DNA of 64,000 nucleotides from assembly GCA_965279525.1 (NCBI GenBank), contig CBDIIB010000004.1, forward strand, positions 64,001 through 128,000, written 5' to 3'. The notes beneath the pieces were generated by a model. That model saw only the letters and a program-made list of their open reading frames with translations, did not search any database and was not told where the DNA came from. This stretch comes from Tagaea sp. Lineage in GTDB: Bacteria; Pseudomonadota; Alphaproteobacteria; CACIAM-22H2. Positions 39,519-49,668 of this stretch are shown here, in pieces. A program made the position numbers and the translations under genes. Position 1 is the first letter of the stretch. Every line of letters starts with the position of its first letter.

Positions 39519-40424
39519 GTGAGTCAGACCGCACGAATTGGCTTCATCGGCGTCGGCATGATGGGGCACGGAATGGCGAAGAACCTTGTCGAGAAAGGCT
39601 TCGCGACCGTCGTGCTCGGCAACCGGAATCGCATACCCGTCGACGATCTCGTCAAGCGTGGCGCCGTCGAGGGGCGCAACCCGGCGGACGTCGCGGCCAG
39701 AAGCGACATCGTCTTCCTGTGTGTCACGGGCTCGCCGCAGGTCGAGGCGATCGTGTACGGCCCAGACGGACTTCTGTCTGCGGCGCGCAAGGGGCTCATC
39801 GTCGTCGATTGTTCGACCAGCGAGATGGAATCGTCGGAACGGATACGCGACGCCTTCGTCCAGGTTGGTACGGCGTTCGCGGATGCACCGTTGGCGCGGA
39901 CGCCAAAGGAGGCGGAAGAGGGCAGGCTCAATTCGATGGTCGGTGCGGACGAGGTGACGTTTGCCGCGATCCGCCCGGCGCTCGCGACTTTCTGCGAAAA
40001 CATATTCCATGTCGGCGGGCCGGGCGCCGGGCACAAGACGAAGCTGATCTACAACTTCATCGCGATGGGGCATGCCGCCCTGATCGCCGAAGCGCTTGTC
40101 GCTGGCGCCAGATCCGGCGTCGATCTCGAGAACTTCGCGAAGGTAGTTGCCGGTGGCGGTGCCAACAGCGGGATCTTCCAGCTGATCGTTCCGAAGGCGC
40201 TTGCCGGCGACTATGGCGGCCTCCAGTTCGGTCTGGGTCTCGCGCAGAAGGACCTCCGTTACTACACGCACATGACCGAAGCGCTGAACCTGCCCAGCAT
40301 GATGGGCGAGGCGGTGCATCAGGCGTTCGTTCAGGCATCGGCGCTCGGCTTCGCGTCGAAGTTCGTTCCGTCGCTGATCGAGGCCCAGGAGAAGATCACC
40401 GGCGTAAAGATACGGAAGCCGTGA
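39519..40424 (+). CDS. Beta-hydroxyacid dehydrogenase (3-hydroxyisobutyrate DH/tartronate semialdehyde reductase family)
   Basis: GFIGVGMMG, DCST, DAP, KLIYN and KDLRY motifs. Confidence 0.9.
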   Translation: MSQTARIGFIGVGMMGHGMAKNLVEKGFATVVLGNRNRIPVDDLVKRGAVEGRNPADVAARSDIVFLCVTGSPQVEAIVYGPDGLLSAARKGLIVVDCSTSEMESSERIRDAFVQVGTAFADAPLARTPKEAEEGRLNSMVGADEVTFAAIRPALATFCENIFHVGGPGAGHKTKLIYNFIAMGHAALIAEALVAGARSGVDLENFAKVVAGGGANSGIFQLIVPKALAGDYGGLQFGLGLAQKDLRYYTHMTEALNLPSMMGEAVHQAFVQASALGFASKFVPSLIEAQEKITGVKIRKP

Positions 40425-40489
40425 CCGACAACCATTCCGACCCGACAACCGAAAATGCGGCGAATGCCGCGACAGGACAGGAGGAACGC

Positions 40490-41791
40490 ATGATTAAGAA
40501 CAGGGACGTATCGCGGCGCCGGCTTCTGAAGGGAAGCGCAATGGCGGCGGCCTTGGCCGGGACGGGGACCTTCTTCGGGCCGTGGACGCACACGCGCGTT
40601 CTGGCGCAAGGCCAGAAGAAGCCGATCAAGATCGGCTTTACCTGCGATGCAAGCGGCCAGTACGGCGATAGCGGCCAGGACGACCTGCGCGGATGCCGCA
40701 TGGCGATCGATGAGTTCAACGCCAAGGGCGGCGTGCTCGGCCGCAAGGTCGAATGGATCACGGCCGATACGGAGACGAATCCCGCGACCGGAAGCCGCAT
40801 CGCCGAACGCTTCATCACGCGCGATGAATGCGGATTCCTCGTCGGTGCCGTTCATTCGGGGGTCGCCAACGCGATCACCCAGGTCGCCGCCAAGTACGGC
40901 ACGATCTATCTCAACACGAATTCGAGCGCGCCGAGCGAAGCGGGCGAGAACTGCAACAGGATCAAGTTCGTCTGGGACGGCAACGGCAGCAACTTCGCGA
41001 CGGCGACCGTTCGGGCTGCCATCAACTCGGTCGGCAAGAACTGGATGCTGCTGACCAACGACTATGTCTGGGGCCATTCGACGTCGAATGCAACGAAGGC
41101 GCTGGTCGAGGCGGCCGGCGGCAAGATCATTGACAACCTGCTGGTGCCCCAGAATACGCGCGACTTCACGGCCTATCTCCTCAAGATCCAGCAGGCGAAG
41201 CCGGACGTGGTCGCGGCCGCCATCGGCGGTGACGACATCAAGGCGCTGCGTACGCAGGTCGCCCAGCTCAAGCTCGACGGCAAACCCGCCTGGATCAACA
41301 ACCAGCAGGATTGGCCGGACGTGTGGGGCGCTGGTGCGGACAGCCTTTTCGGCGTCTTCGGCACGACCTGGTATCACAAGCTTCCGCTGCCCGGCGTCGC
41401 CGACTTCGTCAAGAAGTGGCAGGTCGCGAACGCGAATGGCCCGATCCCGGTACCGGGGAACGTGTCCTACAACGGCTACATGGCGACGCGTGAACTCCTG
41501 CGCGCGATCGAGCGTGCCGGTGGTACCAACAACATCAAGGTGATCAAGGAACTCGAGAATCTGAAGGTCTCGGCGGCCGATCGCATGCAGCACTTCGATG
41601 CCTACATGGATCCGGTCACCCACCAGATGCAGCAGACGATCTATCTGGCGCGGCGGAACATGAAGCCGTCTGATCCGTCCGATCTTTACGAAGTTATCAG
41701 CTGGATTGACGCCAAGGCAGCCGCCGACACGGCCGCGGCAGGAAAGTGCAAGCTTGCAGCCTACGACCAGGTTCCGACTTTCGAACTTTAG
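40490..41791 (+). CDS. Liv-family ABC substrate-binding protein with Tat signal
   Basis: SRRRLLK twin-arginine motif; NAKGGVLGR, DYVWGH and DFTAYL. Confidence 0.9.
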   Translation: MIKNRDVSRRRLLKGSAMAAALAGTGTFFGPWTHTRVLAQGQKKPIKIGFTCDASGQYGDSGQDDLRGCRMAIDEFNAKGGVLGRKVEWITADTETNPATGSRIAERFITRDECGFLVGAVHSGVANAITQVAAKYGTIYLNTNSSAPSEAGENCNRIKFVWDGNGSNFATATVRAAINSVGKNWMLLTNDYVWGHSTSNATKALVEAAGGKIIDNLLVPQNTRDFTAYLLKIQQAKPDVVAAAIGGDDIKALRTQVAQLKLDGKPAWINNQQDWPDVWGAGADSLFGVFGTTWYHKLPLPGVADFVKKWQVANANGPIPVPGNVSYNGYMATRELLRAIERAGGTNNIKVIKELENLKVSAADRMQHFDAYMDPVTHQMQQTIYLARRNMKPSDPSDLYEVISWIDAKAAADTAAAGKCKLAAYDQVPTFEL

Positions 41792-41804
41792 GTCTGCCTC
41801 CCGA

Positions 41805-41834
41805 GGGCCCGGATGCGAATTCGCATCCGGGCCC
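41805..41834. repeat. Perfect 30-bp palindrome after the binding-protein gene
   Basis: GGGCCCGGATGCGAATTCGCATCCGGGCCC. Confidence 0.85.
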
Positions 41835-41858
41835 GTTCATGTTCCATCGGAATCTATC

Positions 41859-42779
41859 TTGTTGAATCTGCTGCCTCATATCCTCAACGGCATCACGCTT
41901 GGTTTGCTGTTCGCGCTGATTGCCCTTGGCTTCATGCTCATTGTCGGATTGATGGAGCAGATCAATCTTGCGCACGGGTCGCTGTTTGCGCTCGGGGCCT
42001 ATCTGGCGTTCGTCATTGTGTCGGGGCGACTTCCCGTGCCGGTCGAATGGGTTCGCGACTGGCTGCTCGTCCCTCTCGCCTGGCGCTATGTCGCAGCACT
42101 CGTCGTTGCCCCACTGCTGACGGCGCTGGCGGGCATGGCGCTGGAGCTATGCGTGCGCCGTACCTATGGCAAAGACCCTCTCTACGGGCTTCTGCTGACA
42201 TTCGGTGCCGCAATGGTGATCGAAGAACTCATCCGTCTTGTCTGGGGAACGAGGGACTATGTCTTGCCGGTACCACCGTCGATCAGCGGCGGCATGATCT
42301 TCTGGGATTTGATCTGGTCCACCTACCGCTTCTACGCGGCGGCGTTTTCCATCGGCGCGATCGCGCTGGTCTGGCTGTTCATCGAGCGCACGCCGTATGG
42401 CGCCATCATCAAGGCAGGCGCGCACGACAGCGAGATCGTTCGGGCACTAGGAATTGATCTGACCCGGCTGCGACTATATGTGTTTGCCTTCGGCACGCTG
42501 CTGGCTGCACTTGCCGGAATCATCGTGGCGCCGATCTGGGGCATCCGCCCGCATATGGGGGTCGATGCCGTCGTGCCGGCGTTCCTGATCATCGTGCTCG
42601 GCGGCGTCGGAAGTTTCTGGGGTGCGGTCGCTGCAGGCATCCTTGTCGGCATGGTTGTCGGCGTAAGTGGTGCCTACGCGTCGGAATGGTCCCTCCTGTC
42701 GATGTACATCCTGCTGATCGCGGTCGTTACGTTCCGGGCCCGCGGCCTGTCGGGCAAGAAGAGCCTACTCGAGGCATGA
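41859..42779 (+). CDS. Liv-type ABC permease (LivH-like), start uncertain
   Basis: NGITLG, INLAHG and VLGGVGS motifs. Confidence 0.88.
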   Translation: MLNLLPHILNGITLGLLFALIALGFMLIVGLMEQINLAHGSLFALGAYLAFVIVSGRLPVPVEWVRDWLLVPLAWRYVAALVVAPLLTALAGMALELCVRRTYGKDPLYGLLLTFGAAMVIEELIRLVWGTRDYVLPVPPSISGGMIFWDLIWSTYRFYAAAFSIGAIALVWLFIERTPYGAIIKAGAHDSEIVRALGIDLTRLRLYVFAFGTLLAALAGIIVAPIWGIRPHMGVDAVVPAFLIIVLGGVGSFWGAVAAGILVGMVVGVSGAYASEWSLLSMYILLIAVVTFRARGLSGKKSLLEA

Positions 42780-43801
42780 CGATGGCGCGCCAAGGTTCCG
42801 ATGCGACGCGGCTTGTCACGCCCGCCATGCTTGTCGTGGTGGGGGCAATGGCAAGCCTGCCGATGTGGATCGGGCAGGTTGGGCTCTATCCCTATATCGG
42901 GATCGAGATCGTCATATGGGCGATCTACGCGCTCTCCTTCAATCTTCTGCTCGGATATACCGGTCTGCCGTCGTTCGGGCACGGAGCCTATTTCGGGATC
43001 GGCGCCTATGCGTTCGGCCTGTTCCAGCAGAACGTGATGCCCGGCCTGTGGCCGTGCCTTGCAGCCGCCGCCGGAGCGGCGGCGATCGCCGGCCTACTGG
43101 TCGCCGCGTTCATTTCCCACCGACGCGGCATCTACTACGCGTTCATGACGATCGCGTTCGGCCAGGTCTTCTGGGTCGTCGCGATCAAGTCGCATGCGAT
43201 CACGGGCGGCGAGGATGGGCTTCTGCGCATTCTGCGGGCACCGGCGGACTTTGGTGTCGTCGCATTCGATCTTCGCGACAATGTCGCGCTCTACTACTTC
43301 GTGCTGGCGGTTTTTGCGGTGGTTCTGGTCGGACTGTGGCGTCTCGTCAATTCGCCCTATGGCCGGGTACTCCAGGCGGTTAAGCAGAACGAAACGCGTG
43401 CCGCATTCATCGGCTACAATGTCTGGCTCTACAAGTTCTCCGTTTTCGTGCTTTCGGCCGGGCTTTCCGGGCTTGCCGGCGGGCTTTTCGCCATGGCACA
43501 GACATCGGCATTCCCCGACGTGATGAGCCTTCACTATTCCGGCTATGTCGTGATGATGACCCTGATCGGCGGCGGTCTGGTCAGCTTCTGGGGACCGGTC
43601 ATCGGAGCGGCCCTGTTTCTGCTGGCGCGCGACGCGATCGGCGCCGTAACGACCGCCTGGATGCTGTGGTTCGGCCTGCTCTTCATGCTTGTCGTCCTCT
43701 TCAAGCCAGAGGGAATAGCCGGCTGGTGGCAGGATTTCCGTCGCGATGGCGCCGGGCGCATGCCGGGTCTTGCACGCCTTCGCATGCTGTTCGGGGGCTG
43801 A
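42776..43801 (+). CDS. Liv-type ABC permease (LivM-like)
   Basis: GYTGLPSFGH, TGGEDG and KPEGI motifs. Confidence 0.9.
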   Translation: MTMARQGSDATRLVTPAMLVVVGAMASLPMWIGQVGLYPYIGIEIVIWAIYALSFNLLLGYTGLPSFGHGAYFGIGAYAFGLFQQNVMPGLWPCLAAAAGAAAIAGLLVAAFISHRRGIYYAFMTIAFGQVFWVVAIKSHAITGGEDGLLRILRAPADFGVVAFDLRDNVALYYFVLAVFAVVLVGLWRLVNSPYGRVLQAVKQNETRAAFIGYNVWLYKFSVFVLSAGLSGLAGGLFAMAQTSAFPDVMSLHYSGYVVMMTLIGGGLVSFWGPVIGAALFLLARDAIGAVTTAWMLWFGLLFMLVVLFKPEGIAGWWQDFRRDGAGRMPGLARLRMLFGG

Positions 43802-43805
43802 ACCG

Positions 43806-44549
43806 ATGGCGCTGTTCGAAGCCGAGAACCTTCAGATGCGCTTCGGCGACCGGACGGTGCTCGAGAACGTCACACTGAGCTTCGGTACAGGAAAGCTATA
43901 CGGCATCATGGGACCAAATGGGGCAGGAAAGACGACCTGCTTCAACGTCCTGACCGGCCGCTATCGGCCGACGCGCGGGCGCGTTCGGATTGACGGCGAG
44001 GACATTACCGGCTTGCCGCCGCACCTGATCGCGCGCAAGGGCGTTTCACGCTCGTTCCAAATCATGAATCTGTTCAATGACTTCTCGGCGCGCGACAACG
44101 TGATGACGGCACTCCCGGCAATGCGAGCTCGCGGCTTCGAAACATGCCGCGCTGTCGCTTCCGACACACGGCTTGCCGACGAAGCCGAGGCCATCCTCGC
44201 GCGCGTCGGCCTTGCGGGAAAAGGCGACGTCCGGGCTCAGAGCCTTTCCTATGGCGACCGACGTGCGCTGGAGATTGGCGTGGCGCTGGCGGCGGCACCC
44301 CGCGTCCTGTTCCTCGACGAGCCGACATCGGGTCTCGGCAGCGACGGGACGGCACGCCTTGCCGGACTGATCGAAACCTTGAAGGGCCAGCTCACCATCG
44401 TTGTGATCGAGCACGACATGCCGTTCCTGTTTGGCCTAGCCGACGAGATTTCCGTTATCCACTGGGGGCAGGTGATCGCGCGGGGCACACCCGACGAACT
44501 GCGCGCCAACGACTGGGTCCGGCGCTCCAATCTCGGCAAGCTCCAATGA
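43806..44549 (+). CDS. Liv-type ABC ATPase (LivG-like)
   Basis: GPNGAGKTT, LSYG, DEP and IEHD motifs. Confidence 0.9.
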   Translation: MALFEAENLQMRFGDRTVLENVTLSFGTGKLYGIMGPNGAGKTTCFNVLTGRYRPTRGRVRIDGEDITGLPPHLIARKGVSRSFQIMNLFNDFSARDNVMTALPAMRARGFETCRAVASDTRLADEAEAILARVGLAGKGDVRAQSLSYGDRRALEIGVALAAAPRVLFLDEPTSGLGSDGTARLAGLIETLKGQLTIVVIEHDMPFLFGLADEISVIHWGQVIARGTPDELRANDWVRRSNLGKLQ

Positions 44550-45244
44550 TCCTCGATCTGGCCGACATCCGGACCTATTACGGAGAGACGCAGGCGCTGT
44601 TCGACGTATCGCTGTCGATCGGAACGGGCGAGGTCGTTGCGCTGCTCGGACCCAATGGAGCCGGCAAGACGACCACGCTTCGCTCGATCCTCGGCCTGAC
44701 GCGACCGCGTGCCGGTCGTATCCGTTTCGACGGGGTAGACGTGACGGCGTGGCCGACGCACCGAATCGCCCAAGCGGGTGTCGGTTGGGTGCCAGATGAT
44801 CGGCGCCTCTGCCCGACGCTGACCGTCGCGCGGAACCTTTCGATTGCCCGCAAGAGCACGCGGTTCCGCGGCTGGTCCGTTAAGGAAGTGTGCGGGATAT
44901 TTTCGCCACTCGAATACCTGATGGAGCGAGAAGCCGAGAACCTCTCAGGCGGCGAAATGCAGATGGTCGCCATCGCGCGTGCGCTCCTCGGGTCGCCGGG
45001 ACTTGTGCTGTTCGACGAGCCGAGCCAGGGGCTTGCACCCAAGATCGTGCAGGATGTTCTGTCGACGATCCTGCATCTGAAGGAAGAGGGGATTTCCGTG
45101 CTTGTCGTCGAGCAGAATGCGGAGGCGGCACTGAGCGTTGCCGACCGCGCCTATATCCTCGATCTCGGGCGCGTCGTCTGGTCGGGTCCGGCGGCGCAGC
45201 TGCGCGAGGATCCGGCGTTGCGACGTCGACTGCTGGGAGCCTGA
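44546..45244 (+). CDS. Liv-type ABC ATPase (LivF-like)
   Basis: GPNGAGKTT, LSGGE, DEPSQGLAP and VEQN motifs. Confidence 0.9.
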   Translation: MILDLADIRTYYGETQALFDVSLSIGTGEVVALLGPNGAGKTTTLRSILGLTRPRAGRIRFDGVDVTAWPTHRIAQAGVGWVPDDRRLCPTLTVARNLSIARKSTRFRGWSVKEVCGIFSPLEYLMEREAENLSGGEMQMVAIARALLGSPGLVLFDEPSQGLAPKIVQDVLSTILHLKEEGISVLVVEQNAEAALSVADRAYILDLGRVVWSGPAAQLREDPALRRRLLGA

Positions 45245-45245
45245 T

Positions 45246-45881
45246 ATGGCCGATCCGCTGCTGAAGCTTGATAGCCTCGAGAAGACCTATTCGCGCGGAT
45301 TTCTCCGGCGGACGACGACATTTTCGCTGTCGGCGGATCTTTCGCTTGCTGGACGCCAGATCGTCGGCGTCGTCGGCCCGAACGGGGCGGGAAAGACGAC
45401 GCTGTTCGAGATGATGACCGGCAGCAACCGGCCGACCGCCGGGCGAGTGCTGGTCGCTGGACGGGACATCCACCGCGTCCGCTACCGTGAACGCGACCGG
45501 CTGGCGGTCCACTATCACCAGTCCTATCAGGTGCGGAGATTCGCGCGGCGCCTGCCGAATTTCATGCTCGACCCGGCCGGGTCCAACTATCCGCTCGTCC
45601 ACCTCTTCGACGAGCCGCAGTTCAATACGCAGGACGGCTATATCGGCTTCATGCTCGACTTCTTCCGCACGCTGCGCGACGAAGGTCGTCTCGTCGTCAT
45701 CTGCCTCCATCCGACGGCCCGCTACCATCTCGAGATCCTGCGCGAGATATGTGCTGGATTCCTTCTCGTGTCGGGCGGCACGGTTGCGTCGTTCCGGGAC
45801 TTTTCCGCACTGATCGACGATCCTCGGGCACGCCAGTATCTCGGCAGCGAGATGACACGACAGGCCGAGGCTGTCGCATGA
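45246..45881 (+). CDS. Atypical short ABC-ATPase-like protein lacking the helical subdomain and signature motif
   Basis: Walker A GPNGAGKTT, Walker B VHLFDEP, H-switch ICLH; no LSGGQ. Confidence 0.8.
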   Translation: MADPLLKLDSLEKTYSRGFLRRTTTFSLSADLSLAGRQIVGVVGPNGAGKTTLFEMMTGSNRPTAGRVLVAGRDIHRVRYRERDRLAVHYHQSYQVRRFARRLPNFMLDPAGSNYPLVHLFDEPQFNTQDGYIGFMLDFFRTLRDEGRLVVICLHPTARYHLEILREICAGFLLVSGGTVASFRDFSALIDDPRARQYLGSEMTRQAEAVA

Positions 45882-46624
45882 GCGGATTTGGGAACGGGCA
45901 GGTGGCGCTGGTCACCGGAGCAGCCGGCACGATGGGGCTCGCGTGCGCCCGGATGCTCGTCGATGAAGGCTATGTCGTCGCAATGGCCGATATCGATGCG
46001 GCCAGGGTCGACACGCTTGCGGCGTCGCTTGGCGGGAATGCCCGGGGATTCGCTTTCGACGTATCTGACCCGATCGCCGTCGAAGCCGCTTTCGTCGGGA
46101 TCGAGACGAAGCTCGGGCCTGTCGCGGTGCTTGTGAACAACGCTGGCATCCTTTCGAACAACAAGGCGGCCGAGACGTCGCCCGCCGAATGGCGCCGTGT
46201 CATGTCGATCAATCTCGACGGCGCCTTCTGGCTATCACGGCTCGCTTTGCCTGGAATGAAGGCGCGTCGTGGCGGGCGCATCGTCAATACCTGCTCGCTT
46301 GCGATGAAGTCGGGCGGATTGACGGCCGGAACAGCTTACACGACGTCGAAGGGCGCCCTGCAGGCATTGACCTTCTCGCTCGCGCGGGAAAGCGCAGCGC
46401 ACGGCGTGACCGTGAACGGCGTGGCGCCGGCCTATGTCCGGACGCCGATGGTGACGGAACAACTGGACGAATCGCAGCGCCAAGCATTGCTCAGGCAGAT
46501 CCCTGTCGGCCGCTTCTGCGAGCCGGAGGAGTTCGCCCACTGTATCCGGTTCTTCCTTTCGCCGTTGAGCGGGTTCATAACCGGCGAGATACTGGACCTG
46601 AACGGCGGACTGCACTTCGACTGA
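45878..46624 (+). CDS. SDR oxidoreductase (FabG-like)
   Basis: TGAAGTMG, NNAG and YTTSK motifs. Confidence 0.9.
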   Translation: MSGFGNGQVALVTGAAGTMGLACARMLVDEGYVVAMADIDAARVDTLAASLGGNARGFAFDVSDPIAVEAAFVGIETKLGPVAVLVNNAGILSNNKAAETSPAEWRRVMSINLDGAFWLSRLALPGMKARRGGRIVNTCSLAMKSGGLTAGTAYTTSKGALQALTFSLARESAAHGVTVNGVAPAYVRTPMVTEQLDESQRQALLRQIPVGRFCEPEEFAHCIRFFLSPLSGFITGEILDLNGGLHFD

Positions 46625-46632
46625 GGAAGACG

Positions 46633-47472
46633 ATGGCAACGCGGAAAAAACCGGCGGCACGCGGCCGGATCACGCCGAATGTCGATTTCACGGCCGAGCT
46701 TCGCCGGATATTCGATCTGACTGGAGACGTGGCACTGCTGCCCGGCGGCTATGGCGGGCTGGGCGAGGCGATTGCCTGGGGTCTCGCCATGCGTGGCGCG
46801 ACCGTCGTCATCGCAGGCAGGGACCGGGCGAAGGCGGAGAAGCTTGCGCAAGCGCTTCGTGCGGCAGGTCACGACGCCTATGGCATAAAGATGGACGTGA
46901 ACCGGATTTCCGATATTCGCAACTCGATCGCGCGTGTTGCCCGACGTTTCGGACATATCGACATACTGGTGAATTGCGTCGGCATCCAAATCGAGGAAAG
47001 TCTGGCAGACGTCACCGAGAAAGCATTTGACGCGGTTTACCGCACGAACCTGAAGGCGGCGATGTTCATCGCCCAGTCGGTGGCCAAGCACCAGATCGCC
47101 AGCGAGCGAGGTGGCAGGCAAATTCATCTGCTGTCGGTCCGATCCCAGCTCGGAATTCGCGGGCGCGGCTACTCGGCCTACTGTGCCACCAAGGGCGGCC
47201 TAGTCATGCTGGTGAAGCAACATGCCATGGAGCTGGCGCCTCACGGGATCACCGTCAACGGCATCGCGCCGACATTCGTCTATACGGACCTGATCCGGCA
47301 CGTCATGCAGAATCCAAAGTTTCATCGCGCGCTAATCGAGCGAATCCCGCTCGGGCGGCTCGCCAATCCCAAGGATGTCGTCGGGCCGGCGATTTTCTTT
47401 GCCTCTCCCGCATCCAGCTTCGTAACTGGTCAGATTGTCTATGTCGATGGTGGCATTACCGCCAGTCAATGA
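46633..47472 (+). CDS. SDR oxidoreductase (gluconate 5-dehydrogenase/KduD-like)
   Basis: GGYGGLG, YCATK, RIPLGR and VDGG motifs. Confidence 0.85.
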   Translation: MATRKKPAARGRITPNVDFTAELRRIFDLTGDVALLPGGYGGLGEAIAWGLAMRGATVVIAGRDRAKAEKLAQALRAAGHDAYGIKMDVNRISDIRNSIARVARRFGHIDILVNCVGIQIEESLADVTEKAFDAVYRTNLKAAMFIAQSVAKHQIASERGGRQIHLLSVRSQLGIRGRGYSAYCATKGGLVMLVKQHAMELAPHGITVNGIAPTFVYTDLIRHVMQNPKFHRALIERIPLGRLANPKDVVGPAIFFASPASSFVTGQIVYVDGGITASQ

Positions 47473-47689
47473 CCGTGACGGCAGTGGCGGTACGACACGC
47501 AGCGATAACGTTGATCTACCCTTTCATATCGTACGTTCCGGTACAAACCGGGTCTGTGGTTGCCATCCCAGTTGACGGTCAATAGGATAAAACTCGACCG
47601 TTGACGTCACGTGCTCTCTATCAGGACGACCCGACGGTTGAAAAAGTACGCACGCGAAAAGCGAAGCGTAAAAATCTCGGGAGGAATGC

Positions 47690-49591
47690 ATGAAATCCAC
47701 CATGCTGTGGCTTGCTGCCGGTGTTGTGGCCGGGGCATTGCATTTGGGGGCAACGCCGCCGGCGCAGGCCCAGGGACTTCCCCGGGATATTCCCCGGAAA
47801 GAGCTTCTGATCCTTGAAAATCCGGAAGGTACGGTAAAGAACGCCGGGTGGTTCAACATCTGGGCGATCAACGCGAACAGCCAGTCGAATGGCCTGCAGC
47901 AGGCCGCACTCGATACCCTCTGGTACATCGATCCCGACAAGGGCATTGACGGCGTCTGGGACAACTCGCTCGCCGCTGACAAGCCCGCGTACAACGCCAA
48001 TTTCACCGAAATGCGCGTCAAGCTCCGGCGCGGAATCTTCTGGAGCGACGGCGTCGAGTTCTCGTCTGCTGACGTGAAGTTCACGGTCGAGATGATGATC
48101 AAGACGCCCGGGATGCGGTGGAGTGCCGCCCTGTCGAACTCGGTTGCGTCGGTCGAAGCCCCCGATGCGGAGACCCTGATCTTTAAGCTGAAGCAGCCCA
48201 ATTCGCGCTTCCACGCGCTGTTCACTGTGCGTTGGAACGCGATCTGGATCGCGCCGAAGCATGTCTTCGAGAAGGTCGCCGACCCGAACAAATTCGCATT
48301 CGAGAAGCCGATTTCGCTTTCGGCCTACGTGCTGCACAGCCACGACCCGGACGGTAAATGGTACATCTGGCAGCGGCGGGAAGACTGGCAGCGGACGTCG
48401 CTCGGCCGCTTTGGCCAGCCGGCACCGCGCTATCTTGCATATGTCGATCCGGGCCCGCCGGACAAGCGCGTGATCGCGCAGATGAACAAGGAACTCGACG
48501 TCGTCCACGATATCACGCCCGAAGGCATGTTCACGCTCGCGCGGCAGAACCCGACTTCGAAATCCTGGTTCAAGGGATTTCCGTTCGGGCATCCCGATCC
48601 GACATTGCCGTCCGCGATCTTCAACACCCAGCTCGACATGTTCAAGAACCGGGATGTCCGCTGGGCGCTGACGCTGCTGGTCGACATCAAGGCCGTCGCG
48701 ATGGCGTCCTATCGCGGTGCCGCGACGATCTCGCCGATTCATGTGCCGCCGACCGGGCGTCACCCGGAATTCTACCACGAGCCGATGCAGGACTGGCTGG
48801 CAAACTTCGAGATCGATACCGGCAAGCGCAAGATCAAGCCCTATGATCGGACGATGGCCAAGCAGATCGCGGACAGCCTGCGTCCGTCGATGGGAAACCA
48901 GATCCCGTCCGATCCGGCAGAGGTCGCACGCGCGTTTGGCACGGGTTGGTGGAAGCCCGACCAGGCGGCCGCGACCGAACTGCTCGAGCGGGCAGGGTTC
49001 CGCAAGCAGGGCAACAACTGGCTGAAGCCCGACGGCACGCCGTTCACGATCCGGGTCGTCGTGGAAGGCGATGCACGCCCGATCATGACGCGCGCCGGCT
49101 CGATGATCGCCCAGTCTTGGCGCCAGTTCGGCATCGACGCCAAGGTCGACGTCGCGCAGGGCACGTTGCTGACGCGCCGCGCCGCAGGCGACTTCGACGT
49201 CATCCTGAGCTGGAGCGTCGAGACCTGGGGCGGGCATCAGGACCTGTCCTTCTTCATGGACAGCTGGCACTCGGCATTCGTCGCCGAGCCGGGCAAGCCC
49301 CAGCCGTCGCGCAACTGGCAACGGTGGTCGCATCCGGAACTCGACAAGCTGATCGAGACGATCCGGACGATTGACTTCGACGACCCGAAGGGCATCGAGC
49401 TTGGCAAGGAGTTCGTCAAGCTCGCGATCCGCGAAATGCCGGTCATTCCGCTTATGTCGTACAACGTGTTCACGGTGGCCGACGAGACCTATTGGACCGG
49501 TTTCCCGACGGCCGAGAACCCGTATGCCAACCCAGTCACGAACTGGGGCAACTCCCGCTACATGTTCGTGAAGATCAAGCCCAAGGACTGA
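47690..49591 (+). CDS. Family 5 ABC substrate-binding protein (oligosaccharide type)
   Basis: Signal peptide, WSDG..F..DVKFT, YWTGFP; GH51 context. Confidence 0.9.
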   Translation: MKSTMLWLAAGVVAGALHLGATPPAQAQGLPRDIPRKELLILENPEGTVKNAGWFNIWAINANSQSNGLQQAALDTLWYIDPDKGIDGVWDNSLAADKPAYNANFTEMRVKLRRGIFWSDGVEFSSADVKFTVEMMIKTPGMRWSAALSNSVASVEAPDAETLIFKLKQPNSRFHALFTVRWNAIWIAPKHVFEKVADPNKFAFEKPISLSAYVLHSHDPDGKWYIWQRREDWQRTSLGRFGQPAPRYLAYVDPGPPDKRVIAQMNKELDVVHDITPEGMFTLARQNPTSKSWFKGFPFGHPDPTLPSAIFNTQLDMFKNRDVRWALTLLVDIKAVAMASYRGAATISPIHVPPTGRHPEFYHEPMQDWLANFEIDTGKRKIKPYDRTMAKQIADSLRPSMGNQIPSDPAEVARAFGTGWWKPDQAAATELLERAGFRKQGNNWLKPDGTPFTIRVVVEGDARPIMTRAGSMIAQSWRQFGIDAKVDVAQGTLLTRRAAGDFDVILSWSVETWGGHQDLSFFMDSWHSAFVAEPGKPQPSRNWQRWSHPELDKLIETIRTIDFDDPKGIELGKEFVKLAIREMPVIPLMSYNVFTVADETYWTGFPTAENPYANPVTNWGNSRYMFVKIKPKD

Positions 49592-49610
49592 GCGAGTTCT
49601 GTTGACGCGG

Positions 49611-49638
49611 GCGGGCCGGCGCTTCGGCGCCGGCCCGC
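49611..49638 (+). other. GC-rich cUUCGg hairpin after the binding-protein gene (likely mRNA stabiliser)
   Basis: GCGGGCCGGCGC-TTCG-GCGCCGGCCCGC with no U-tract. Confidence 0.7.
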
Positions 49639-49668
49639 ACCGATGCGAGCGGACGGGTACTTCGATTC

